A stretch of DNA of 64,000 bases from positions 1 to 64,000 of the forward strand of contig VJWM01000309.1 in NCBI GenBank assembly GCA_010909165.1, written 5' to 3'. Of the stretch, positions 24,510 to 36,110 are shown piece after piece; positions within the stretch are counted from its first letter, which is position 1, and every line of letters begins with the position of its first letter. Origin of the DNA: Anthoceros angustus (taxonomy: Eukaryota; Plantae; Anthocerotophyta). Position numbers and translations under genes: made by a program. The notes beneath the pieces were generated by a model. It made no database searches, was not told the origin of the DNA, and was given only the letters and a program-made list of their open reading frames with translations.

Positions 24510-26017
24510 GATGGCTAACTGCTGTCCTTCCCGTTCGCGTGAACGCGGCTTCCAACTGCCGTCCTTCACGTTCGCGTGAACGCGGCCTCAACTGTCGAGA
24601 CGTTCGATGATAACGTGGAAGTGAACTGCAAGATTGGCATCTCCGGTCGCGTGACCTCTTACGGCGCTGGCTTCCGTAGCGAGAGTTTTGTGGGTTTGAG
24701 TGCCATCGTGATGACTTGCTGGATATGTGATTTTTAGTTTGTCTAAGGGACAATTTGATCTCATAGCACAGAATTCTGCAAATTCTGCACACAACTTGAA
24801 CACATAGCATACAATTTTTAAGAACTTTGTGGACTCTAGAAACTTTGCAGAATAAAGATTGAACTCTCAATCAAACCAAGAATAAAAATCTATTACAAAA
24901 AAAATAAACACTTCGCATAAAATTCCTAAGAGCTCCATCATCAAGTCTAGTCATGCAAAAGATTCACGACAAAGAAAAACGTATTCATTTACACATACCA
25001 TAGAGAAGAATACTATGTTTCTACTTGTATCGCATAATATATCTCAAAACCAATCAAGATTGAAATGAGAAACCTAAACTTCTCTATTTGTAATAACAGA
25101 TTCTAGTGCCTTTCTGGTCGTTTTCGGTTCTTGTTCTTTATATCTAGTTATAGGTTTTGAACAACATGTATCTATATCATCTTCATATGATCAAACTTGA
25201 ATTTTTTATTCAAGATAAAATATTTATTTTTTCTTTACTTATTCATTAGGTGTTCATGGTATTACTTCATATATAAAGCTTGAACGAAAGAAAGCAATCA
25301 TGATTTTTGGAAAGAGAAAATTCATTGTATATGATGTTTGGTCCATCTTACAAGTCTAAATCATAATTATCTTTATTTTTGTACATATTAACACAATACA
25401 ATACTTAGGGCTTAGTTCAACTTGGATAACTTGACATGCTTGTAACATTGAGTACCTGCTAAGTATTTTATAGGATTATATAGAATCAATATTCTACATC
25501 GGTCCTCTTGGTTTTACTTGATTTTACCAAAGCTTTCGGAACAAGATTCAACATACATAGCACCATATTGAATATTGTTTGTAGGATGTGTATTTTTAGT
25601 ATAATGTAGTATCATTTGCATGATACATTCCAATAAACCCAAAACTTCATTTGAAAAGAAGGTGTACATAACGATCCTGATGTTTATGTTTCTCGATTGA
25701 AGAGACACCTTCATGTGAGGCCTAAGTATCTGTGCAATATAGTACTGCTTGTTTGCATATGGTTCAATATGAACATGAACCTATTCCAATTCATGTAGAG
25801 AGGAATTCATTTGAGTTAAGATTTTGAAGGTGAGAGGGTCTTTTCTATGGATCTGAATAAATAATAAATATAATTAGTAACTTCTACTTACAAGATAAAT
25901 AATTGATTTAATTTAAAAATAAAAAAGAAAATGGGATGAACCCACTTGTTAGAATAGGAACTCCCTATATCTCAAGCAGGTGGAGATACTATGTAGTGTA
26001 TGATAATGCTAACCATA

Positions 26018-26110
26018 GACTAGAAGAAGAAGAAGAAGAAGAAGAAGAAGAAGAAGAAGAAGAATTTTATTGAAGTCCACTAAGGACGGATTTCCGCCTC
26101 CCGACTAGAA
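26018..26110 (-). mobile_element. Extremely 5'-truncated LINE/SINE insertion with (TTC)14 tail and 8-bp TSD
   Basis: (GAA)14 followed by TTTTATTGAAGTCCACTAAGGACGGATTTCCG, almost identical to the LINE end at 36111-36153. GACTAGAA lies on both sides (26018 and 26103). Confidence 0.8.
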
Positions 26111-26237
26111 TCATGAAGGTTGTCCTTGAGACCCCTAATTGGTAATGGTTATCAAAGAGACTCAGGCTGGCATCCTCAATCAATCAACGAAGCCGTTGTG
26201 AAGGAAAAGAGAAGACTTGAACCACAGGGCTGAAGAG

Positions 26238-26960
26238 ATGGCGGCGAGTGGTGCAAGAACAACCTGCTTCTTGTGCAATTCCCCTCTACGGACCGACCAA
26301 GCCGTAAGCTTGCCAGATTGTGAAACTCAACACGTTCAGAGGTTCCACTTCTCATGTTTGGCAAACCATTTCTCCAACATGTATCAGTACGGCACGACAT
26401 GCGATTTCGCGTGCCCAATGTGTACCGTGCCCGTGACCGGGATCGGTGAGAAGATCACCTCCCCCAAGGGCAGCCTGACATCATTCAAACAGATCGAAAC
26501 AGTGAGGAACCCTACATTCCACCAGATATGGCCTTACGTCTTCCAGCCCATACAGGAGATGAGAGACCGGGAGGCGAAAGTGATCATGAAAGGAGCCTAT
26601 TCTCCACCCAACCTCAAGGCCCTGTCACGGGTGATTCTGCCGCCCGATGGTAACCCAGAAATGTCTTATCCCTGCAGCATGTGTAACAAGGTGCTGGGAT
26701 CTATGCTGTGGGTTTGCTTCGATACCTGCGGCCATGCCTTCCACGTCTCCTGCCTTGCCCATAGTATTGTCCAGCGTTGGCTGCAGCGCTCGTCAAGGTC
26801 AAGGACGATCCGCTGCCCCTTGTGTCCGGACTCTTCTGTAACTGTCCCCAGGGATATAGTCCGGCTCAAAACAAGCCTCGGGCAGGGTGTGAGCCATCGT
26901 GAGAACCAGGTGTCCATCAATTCCGTCTACCATTGTGCCATGTTCTTGGCTGGGCGCTAG
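26238..26960 (+). CDS. Protein with two RING-H2-like domains
   Basis: CFLC..C..FHFSC..CPMC and CSMC..CGHAFHVSC..CPLC. Intronless; ATG at 26238. Confidence 0.75.
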   Translation: MAASGARTTCFLCNSPLRTDQAVSLPDCETQHVQRFHFSCLANHFSNMYQYGTTCDFACPMCTVPVTGIGEKITSPKGSLTSFKQIETVRNPTFHQIWPYVFQPIQEMRDREAKVIMKGAYSPPNLKALSRVILPPDGNPEMSYPCSMCNKVLGSMLWVCFDTCGHAFHVSCLAHSIVQRWLQRSSRSRTIRCPLCPDSSVTVPRDIVRLKTSLGQGVSHRENQVSINSVYHCAMFLAGR

Positions 26961-27887
26961 CTTCTCATTTTCAAGAGAAATTCTATGGGTTTGCATTTCA
27001 CTCTAGGATATCAACCTCTTTAATCGTGCACTCATCGGACTCACTTTGATTAGCTGGATCCACATCAGTTCTTCAAATTATGTTCCATACGAGATCATGG
27101 AATAGTAGGGTTCCACATGAGCTCTGAGGATGATGCTGGTTGTCTTTTTCTTTGTCCTGGCTCCAAGAGATCAGTAAGTGCAGCCACACAGACAGGCCTC
27201 TCCCAGACTATATCCAAAACCTTCACCTATTGGTCTTCTTTTTCTAGCCTAAATCCTGTGTCACACAAGACGGTAAGTTGGAACGGTGGTGGGTTTCTTC
27301 GAAGAAAGCAAATTGATGCAGAGAAAAAGATGGGAGGGTTTAGCACGAAAAAGAAAAGTTGGACTGCTAATCCATCGATACAAGGCCTCCAACAAGCTGA
27401 AAACCGACAACAACCTACATGCTTTTGAGGTGGTTGAGAAGCATGAGAAACAACAGATCGCTGTTTGAAGTAGATGAGGAAGCATCATGGCATCAAAGGC
27501 ATCACCTGCATGAAGAACTTGGTTCGAGGTTGAAGCTTATTTGGACTTGCATATTTTTATAATCTTGTGGAATTGAGGACTTTGTTGAATAGGGGATACC
27601 TACACGCAATACCCATGTGCCTCTGTGCTGTAAAGGTTGATCGTACATCCCCGTAATCCGAATTCTTGATCATGTTTAAAACAACCAGTTGGAAACATCC
27701 GGACAGCATAACTCCGGTGTTTGACACTCTGTTCGATGACAGCACTGCATGCTACCTTCTCTATAGTTTGACGCTGGACAGGCCCCATTTTTTCCACAGG
27801 GGTGTAAGCAAGTCTACATTACATCGTGCTTTTGCTCCACTACAGCCAAGCAAAAGTTTCAGAAATCTGCTTCATGACAAATTGGTG

Positions 27888-30057
27888 CTAGGGACAAGCA
27901 TTTGGGAGCCAACCCAGCCTGTTCACAGGTAGGTCGAACACCAACCGCCAGTTCTGCAGCTGGTAGTTTCCAATGGAACTCACTTTCTCTCCCGATCTCA
28001 AGATGGCCAGACACAAATAGGTGGCTTTTCCATCCTTCACTTCAACGACGAGGGTATCTCGAGCAAAGACAATGGAACCACCATCTTCAAACTGGAAGGT
28101 GACTTTGGGAATGAGGGGACTGGGCTCCTTGCCGGTGATGTCCCAGCAGGTGTCGAACAGGCCGTAGTACTGCGGCAGGCCTGTGCGCATCACAGGCCCA
28201 AGACCCAACTTGTCTGCAACACTGATGAAGGCCTCCAGGAATGGGTTGTAGGCTGCACTGGCCAGGACTGTGTAAGGAGCAGCTGTGTCCACAATCACAC
28301 CTCCCTCGTCCTTGTCCTTGATGTCGAAAGCCCCTTCTGGAATGCCCGTCACCTCTTCGGTTCCCACGATGATGTTCTTCAACCCCACGTAGTAGAAGTT
28401 CGGGTTGCCTCCAGACTTGAGAGGTGTGTAGTAGATCTCATTGTCTGCAAGATCTTTGATCCAATCATCGATGTCACCAAGGATCAGCCACTTGGCATGT
28501 GCTAACAGGGTGCTCACATCTGATGTGACACTCATGCATGACTTCAAAAAAGATCAAAAGTTGCTCCAAGCTGAGTTATGAAGTAGTACTTGGATCGGGC
28601 ATGGAATCAGGGCCGAAAGCAAGGCTGTCTATGCTGTCCGATGCAGCTGTTGGCAGACAGAAAGAAAACTGGTTGCCGAAGTTGGGAGCAATCTGGGTGG
28701 CAAAAGATAGCTGGGATTTTCCGTTGCCTCCTCCGAGACCCAGGATTCCACTGTTCCCCAACGGAGGGGACGGGAAGAGTGTCTCTGTTGCCTTGCCAAA
28801 CACCACTCCTGCAATCACATCAGAAGAAATGTCACAAAACAAGATATCACATCACAACAAATGGCATCATGATGCTCATGGTAAATTGTAATACCTGCCA
28901 AACACCACTTCTTCAACACAAAGTATCACATCACAAGAAGTGCTACAAAGACAAGCTCTCACATCACAACAAGTGCTACAGAGTTCAGGTCTGCATCGCA
29001 GCGGCCTTCGGCATGCACATCCCTGATTGCTAACATGATACAGGATCCTAAACTGGCTGCAGCAAGCTGGAGCTGGAGCTTCCAAGATGGGGTCCCGGGC
29101 AACATACCGAGGAGTGTTAGGATGCCACCATCAGATGTGCGGAAGGTGAAGGTCTCTTTTGCGAGTTCACCGCTACTAAAAGCTCCGCTGCCCCGGGTGT
29201 ACAGCTTCTTGTAAGAGCAGCTCCGCAACCCACAACCGACATACGATTCTGGGCTACTTTGTCGGAGGTTCTCGCAGGGCAAGTCGAAACACCCCACATT
29301 CTCGACCGAGGCCGACAGAAGGGGCAAGTAGTGCGGCGTCCTCTGGTCGAAGCACCTCTACAAAACCCACCAAAACCCACCAACCAAGTCAGGCAAATGC
29401 ACATCCCACACATCCTCCATATCCTGCAAATCCAGGAATAATTCAACCCACCTTGCAAGGAAAGGCTTGCACCCACAACAAATCGCTGGCAGTGTCCAGG
29501 AGAAAAATCTGATTCAGCCTGGAAGGCACCTCTCCGATGGCGAATTGCACGTAGTAATCGCCCACAGCGCGGGAGTGATCCACGCCCGACACCACAGGCC
29601 CGTGCACCGTGTCCTCCACCTTTCTGCCGAATTCTCCTGCACTGGGGAACGCAGCCTGGTGCCTAGCCAGGCGATGCTGAGAAATGCAGGCTGCGTCTGC
29701 GTTTCGGCAGTGCTTGGGCCGCAGCGGCGAGCTGGGAGCATCCACATGACCCACCGAAACGAAGAATCCATGGGCAGCAGAAATCGTGCGCTTTGACGTT
29801 GTGCTCAGATCGAATTGTTGGAAACTCGGCAGCGAGGTGATCGGAAGCGGATGTGTGCTCGCATTCTGCAAGCTCAAACTGTCCAGTCTAGTGAGGCGAC
29901 TCAGGAATTGAAGGGACGCGTATTTTGGCGCTGTCGCTTGCAAGACCAAATTGGCAGTGCTAAGGCTGGTGGGAAATACCACCACACAAAGGCAAGCTAA
30001 AACGGTGGAAAAAGCCATTTTCGTGTTCAAGGCCATCAAATTCCAAGTGCTCAACAT
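27888..30057 (-). CDS. Secreted nepenthesin-like (A1B) aspartic protease, four exons
   Basis: Signal peptide; GDYYVQFAIG..LLDTASDLLWVQ; SSGELAKETFTF; GILGLG..LSFATQI..FSFCL; FYYVGL; GGVIVDTAAPYT; SSIGNYQLQNWRLVFDL. GT-AG introns join the exons in frame. Confidence 0.9.
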
Positions 30058-31195
30058 ATAATAACTTAGCCCTTCAACACATATTGTTTATATAGAAAAC
30101 AGAAGCTTCCTTAAAGAAGATTCGCCTGAAGTTTTATGCAAGAAGATAAAAAAGAACTAGTTTCATATATAATTTATATTATTTTATACGATACTTAAAA
30201 GACATTATGGATATTTATTTTCTTGTTCTCTTTCTTTGTTGTTGTGTGTTTCGTAATTTGCATTGTGCTGTTGGGTTTTGTATTCACATGAACATTGTGT
30301 TTGTATTTTGTTCAAATTTATCCCAAAAAAAGAGGATATGTTAAACTCATGCATTCATTGAGATGAGTGTATTTTAAAAGCTACAACAAAGCTACATACA
30401 CAATGTGAAAGCAAACCAAATATATAAGAAAGTATATAAAAGAACAAGTACACAAATTTCAAGAAAAGATACTGCATAAATATAACCTCTTAAGAATATA
30501 ACAACCTTTCTGAAAGTTAAAAAGTAGAGTGTTCCCATTGTAATATGAGATACAATTTAAAAGAGTGTTCCTACTCTAATATGAACTATAATGTAGATCT
30601 TTGGTTGACGAGACTATTCTCATCTCTAATCGTAATATAGTTTAATCAATAAATTCTAGCACTTTTCTTAAAAATACCTAGGTCTTTTATATGAGGTTCT
30701 CTATAAAGTTATGATGAATTTTAATAAAGAATAATATACTTTGTCCATAAGCAACAAACATGTCCAAACCCTGCTGTGTACTCAGCGATGCAGTCATTTC
30801 ATGTCATCCCACTTAGAGATTTGGAAAGAATGGCGTTCGCTAGGATGACAACAATTTCGTCTTACAAGGGAGGTTTTGGAAAAATTGAAGGCAGCTTTTG
30901 TTATTGCGCCTCTTTTGCGGACCACTTGAAATTGAGTCGTCGCTGCAAGTGGACAACGTTTGAATCACAAGCAAGTGACACTTGCCTCCTTCGGCAGTGC
31001 ACTTAGCTCTCTCAGCAACTCATACAACAATGCTTCTTCTGGATGCTTTTGGTCTCCCACCAGAAACGTGTGCACACTTTGTTCTGTTAAGATAGCATCT
31101 CTAGCCCACTAATGTGTGTCCAAATGGCTTAGGCCAAATGGACACACATTTATAAGAACGTAGTGATTAAGCATCCTCAAAGCATCCTCAGCTTA

Positions 31196-31347
31196 GATCG
31201 GTACTTAGATGGGGTGCCTATAGGGAGTGGATGCCCTTGGTGCAAGTAGCTTAGCTATAGGCACACCATGGTACAAGTTGTTAAGTACTAAGTCCCATGA
31301 TGGAAATTCGTCCTTAGTGGACTTAAATAAAATTCTTCTTCTTCTTC
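31196..31347 (+). mobile_element. Short non-autonomous retroposon (SINE-like) with the LINE-type 3' end and (TTC)5 tail
   Basis: Ends GGAAATTCGTCCTTAGTGGACTTAAATAAAATTCTTCTTC. Its body matches the units at 44983-45252 in reverse complement. Confidence 0.75.
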
Positions 31348-31449
31348 ACTAGCTCACTAGTTTATCTAGAGTCACTTAATAGTATTTAAACACAATTTTG
31401 ATGTATTCATAATTATCATTAATCAAGTATGTAACAAGAGCAGTTTATG

Positions 31450-32345
31450 CTTGACTTCCCAAGTTTCCTACGCATGGTATCAGAGCCCATGATGGGAATC
31501 GATCCACATTCCACAGCATGTGAATGAATGCCATGCTATGCAAGTGTGGATGCTTATGATGTTGATGATGCGCGGCACCGGATTATCTATATTTTCACAT
31601 CATATTAAAACATGACAAGAAGGAGAGGGAACGGTTCCCAACGTCGACTTCTTCCTGACGAGCGAATTCATGGACAATTTCCCCCTGCTTCAACGCAAGT
31701 TTAGGTGCCCCAGCGTCGCAATCAACCTCCGCATCACCCCCTCCTACAATTTGGTACAGAGGGACAGCTTTCAAGAGACTTCCAAGCTCCTGTCCGTCGG
31801 CAAAATCCAAAGTCCATAGCTCATGCAAATGCGCCAATTTTAGGAGCTATACATCGCATCAACACAAGGCTGGATGCAATCACTCTGCTTCTGCAGACAT
31901 TATATGATCATTTGTTCGAGTGCAAACAAGAAGCTCTTGCCTCACGGCCAGACTTCAGCCCACCGCTACCCGGCAAGACTCTACCCGGCAGATGATAGAA
32001 AGGCCATAAATTATTTTAATATTATATATTAAGGGTTTTATCTAATGATTAAACTTCATTGAGTGACTCCTTTATCTTTAAGAGATATTTGAAGCTATTA
32101 TTTCTCCTTCTTGATGTTGTAGCTTGTATCCAAGGCATCATAATATCTTGGATCTGCCTATAACGACGAGATGGCAGAAACAACCCCCTCTACCAATTCC
32201 ACGATAACTGATGTGTACCATACCACACAGAGCAGTGCTGACTTTAGAGAGGGACCATTTTAATGGCACCAAGTATAACATTTGGGCTATAAGAATTAGA
32301 GCGGCTCTCGATCTTGAAGACATGTGCGAATTTGTCTCTAGAAAG
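31450..32345 (+). mobile_element. Degenerate Ty1/copia 5' end: LTR terminus, tRNA-iMet primer-binding site and gag fragment
   Basis: CA followed by TGGTATCAGAGC at 31475; FNGTKYNIWAIRIRAALDLEDMCEFV (about 32260-32340) matches the copia gag N-terminal motif. Confidence 0.6.
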
Positions 32346-33575
32346 AAACAAGACCCCTTTACTAGGGACCTCCGCATCAGGAACGGTTTTTGTAAGATGG
32401 GCAGACATTGCATACTTCCCTTAAGTGGAACGAGCAATCGCCAAACATGAGCGGGTACCCAGGTACTATTATCACCACTCCTTCTAATAATTATTGATAG
32501 GACAAATAATATGCCGTGGATGACCCCAATAATAGGCTAACCCACTAGGATAGATGATAGACACTTAAAGAAACGCAAGGTTAAATATGTATCATCTACG
32601 TGCATTGGTAACATATGATCACGATGCTGTTAAGAAAGAGAGCAGTGGTCCCGTCTTCTCGGCACAGCTCGACCGCCTGCCTTTGGATGTCGCGGAGTTC
32701 CCAGAAAAGCCACCCAATGATCGCCGGCCAGCGCCGGGTGAAGACCGTGCCAGCCTTCTCTTCCATGAGACGCATTTTAGACGAGGAAAGAGCTCGGCTA
32801 ACTACCGTCTTTCACGTTCGCGTAACTGTCGTCAACCGTCGAGATCCGCACACACGAGGAAAGAGGCCCCTTCTGAACATGTGAAGGGGTCTCATTTCAC
32901 ATTCGGCACGAACTTCTGCAGGGAGCTCGACTGCGCCAGTGCCTGGGTGCCCTGCCATCTTCAACTATATGTGCTATGAGTCAGTGTAAAGTATGGATGA
33001 AACATGCTTCTCCCATAGTTCTCCGAACAGGAAACGACCACCTCCACCTGAACAAAGACATTGTTGGTTACGGAGATGATTACAAACAAGCTTTCATTTA
33101 TAAGAGAACCTTTAAAGAAATTGCAGAGCCCCAGGCCACTTCAAGACGTGCAAGGGAAGAAGAGAGCCCACCAGGAGAGCAGACTGTACAAGCCAGCTTC
33201 ATGGCAGTTCGAAATCATGGACAAACCCATCTGCATATCTGCAAGCTAGACGATAGTGACCCATATTCTGCCAGCGTGATGTTTAGGCCATAATGGACAT
33301 CCCCTCTTGAGCTTGTGCGATCCTGGGAAGATCGTGTCCTCAGCCCGGCCACACACAAACTTCTTGTGACGATTTCCTCATTGCATCCTGGCTCTGGTGG
33401 TTTTCGATCCTTCAGACTCGACTGAAGTTACATGAATTTTAGCAGCCTTTTTTCGTGCTAGCCTTCTGGCCAAGTCAAGAGATCCAAGCTTCAATGAGAA
33501 GAAGGCAGTTGCTCACATGGAGAAGCAGAAAGGATAAGGAGCAAATTGCAGCGGAAAAATGCAGGCCGTGCACGT

Positions 33576-35573
33576 TTAGAGACGGAAGGACTGCAACAAC
33601 ATATTGCACCTTTGTTTCCCCTCATATGAACTGGAGGAATATGAGTTGTCCAAGGGTTTGCAACGCTGATGAGGTTGATTGCTCTGTCGAGCAGGTCCAA
33701 TTTTGGGCCAAGACCTGGGAAAATACGAAATGTTGAAATTTATTGGAAGCATATGTGCATTGACAAAAAATCACTGCGGGCAAGGTTGGGGATGCCATAC
33801 CGGTTTGTCAAGTCAATCCTGTATGGCACACCATTTTGGACGATGGTTGTGGCAAGCCGTGAGTTTCCAGCTAACAGCTCCAATTCCTGGCCAACATACG
33901 GAGTCTTCTGTGCATCGACATCACACACAACTGACCTTATGCGCGGCTTGTGACGATCCAGAATGACCTGTTCAACAAAGAAGTCAGCTGTGAGTGATAG
34001 GAGATTAATGACCTCACATCTCACCTGGTACACAGAACATGATGGACAGACCAGAATCACTATGCTGGAACCGCAGAAATACTAAGTGCTGGTACCTGTG
34101 CAATAACATGGCGGAAGACGTAGTGTTCATCTTGCAAATGCAGGCGGGCTATATGCCCCAACTTGTCATATGTTGTCGGTACAGCCATACCCACAGGGAG
34201 CAGGTCCTGCAAGATCTGCACAGAGTCCACAACACCAAATGGGAAATACACGCTTGGATGCTCCAAAGGGTCCAAGGGAATCTAGATTGTATATCCTTGC
34301 CCAACAATAAACAATCGATTTTCTAGCCAGCCGTGAAGGAAAGAGTCGTCAGACCTCATCCACTGCCCAATAGTCATACGAAAGAACCAATCTTGTCTGG
34401 ATAAGTTGCCGTGTTGTGAGTCCTCTCTTGTTTCCAGCTGCAACAGCCATCTGGCGAGCAGAGCGCACCGAATGCAGAGCTGGAGTTGTCAGATGACCAG
34501 AAAACTTGGAGGCCTACCTGACATGAAAGCACAGCTCATAACCGTCCCCTGGTTCAGACCTGAAGAGCCATGGGAAGTCCGTCCAAGGCTTTCCCTGCAA
34601 GCCCTTCATCCAGTAACAACAGTCTCGTTGATCCTTGAAATCTTCTCAACTGTTTTCCTTGCTCTAACAAACCTAGAAAGTCTCCTATTGCTCCATGATC
34701 CTTCCCAACTCCCCACCCATCCTCCACAACTTCCACAACCACAGCTTTCTCCTCCCACATGCTTCTGCTCTTCCCCCTGGCTTCTACCATGTTAGATTTG
34801 TCGTTCTGCAATTTTTCCGCAGAGTCTTTCTTGCTGTAGATGAGAGACCGTGCTGCACCTCTAGGCCTTGATAGTTCCTCAAGATGTGGAAATCTTTCCT
34901 CCTTCTTCCTCCGCAGCCTGACAACCCCAGTCCTCAGCGCTGCTTCACTGCCAACATCATCATCCTCAAAAACAGCCTTTCTGACGGTCTCAGAAACAGT
35001 TTCCTCTTTCCTCTCGCCATCCCAAAACAGGCCTTCCAAGTCCTCGTCAACTTCATCCCCGGTAACCCTTGCAAGGTTCTTGATACGAGGCCAATTCAAC
35101 AGATGCCCTCGAAGCTGATATGCCAACTTATCACCCTCGTCTGACGGAACTCGCAAGGCAGCAATATCATAAACCCTGGTAAACCCAGCCCTGTCAATGT
35201 CAGCTCCCTTGACGTATCTCGGCTTCGTCAGGAGATGGTTGTAGCTGCTAATGTCGTACACGCTGGTTTCCTCCTCCCCGTCTCGTTGGATTCTCTGCCA
35301 CCTTTCCTTTTTGGTATCTGAAGCACATCCTCTGCGGCCCCGGCTCAGAGACGGACCCAGATGGAGACCAGAGAACGCACAGACTATGTTGGCATGGTGC
35401 CGCCGAGTTCGTCTGCGTGAAGAGAAGAGTCCTGTTTTTGGAGGAATTCCTCGACCCAAGCGCAGCCCTGATTGTTCCCAAATCTGTATACCAAACTTTT
35501 GGAAGGAAGACAGAGCCTTTGATTCGGGTGTTGGGTTCCAGAATGCAGCTCTGCAGTGGCCTCCTAACATCAT
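33576..35573 (-). CDS. TRM5: TRM5 (tRNA m1G37 methyltransferase, organellar-type) paralog lacking the SAM-binding C-terminal domain
   Basis: Five exons spliced in frame: FTRVYDIAALRVP..LRGHLLNWPRIKNLARVTGDE..RLLLLDE; LVLSYDYW; ILQDLLP..GHIARLHL; VILDRHKPRI..LELLAGN; then RSWPKIGPARQ and a stop. No FAGVGP motif follows. Confidence 0.8.
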
Positions 35574-35655
35574 GCCCAGCAGATTTCTACGAGAGACGGA
35601 TCTTGCAAGCCTCGAATTTGAGATTCTAAGCCCTATTTTCGTCAGGGGTCGACCA

Positions 35656-36000
35656 ATGTGAAGTTCGGGCGAAGTTGAGGACTGGACATGCAAAGGGAAT
35701 GTGATCCATGTGAAAGAGACCTTGGCTGCAAAAGGGACCTTGGTCTTGCACCATCGTGCACAATTGTGCACTACAACAAAGTGCCAGAAAGGCGGGAAAT
35801 GGTATGACAACTTTGAGGATTGTCTCATCTCCGTGTCACCCAAGTGCAATGTGGGATGCCCCTGTTTCGCTATCTTGTTCATGTGGTACAGTAGTGATGT
35901 AGAATCGTTCTAAGTTGTCCAGTTTAGAACCAGTGAAGCTCGTGCTTTCCTGCATTTCCCCCGACAAGTTGGTTGTGAGTGTGAACAAGCAAAGCACGGT
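35656..36000 (+). pseudogene. ELP6: Decayed 5' copy of ELP6
   Basis: Colinear with 50276-50693. Codon 2 is TGG->TGA, exon 1 has a deletion, and the copy stops shortly before the LINE tail at 36111. Confidence 0.85.
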
Positions 36001-36110
36001 GCAACATGATCCCGTGTTACAGTGGATGTCAACATTCTTTCCGGTGGGAACAGGGTAAAGTCACCGGTGAAATCCAGAAAGAATATGACAATTAAATAAT
36101 TAATTAGTAC

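Noticed and set aside
32590-34340. Degenerate copia pol on the plus strand following the PBS and gag fragment
   Set aside because: 33576-34430 is explained by in-frame TRM5-like exons on the minus strand, and no convincing pol motifs were seen.
35574-35882. N-terminal ~100 aa of the 442-aa TRM5 ORF
   Set aside because: It is the inter-ATG spacer plus the antisense of the ELP6 pseudogene. The likely start is ATG 35573.
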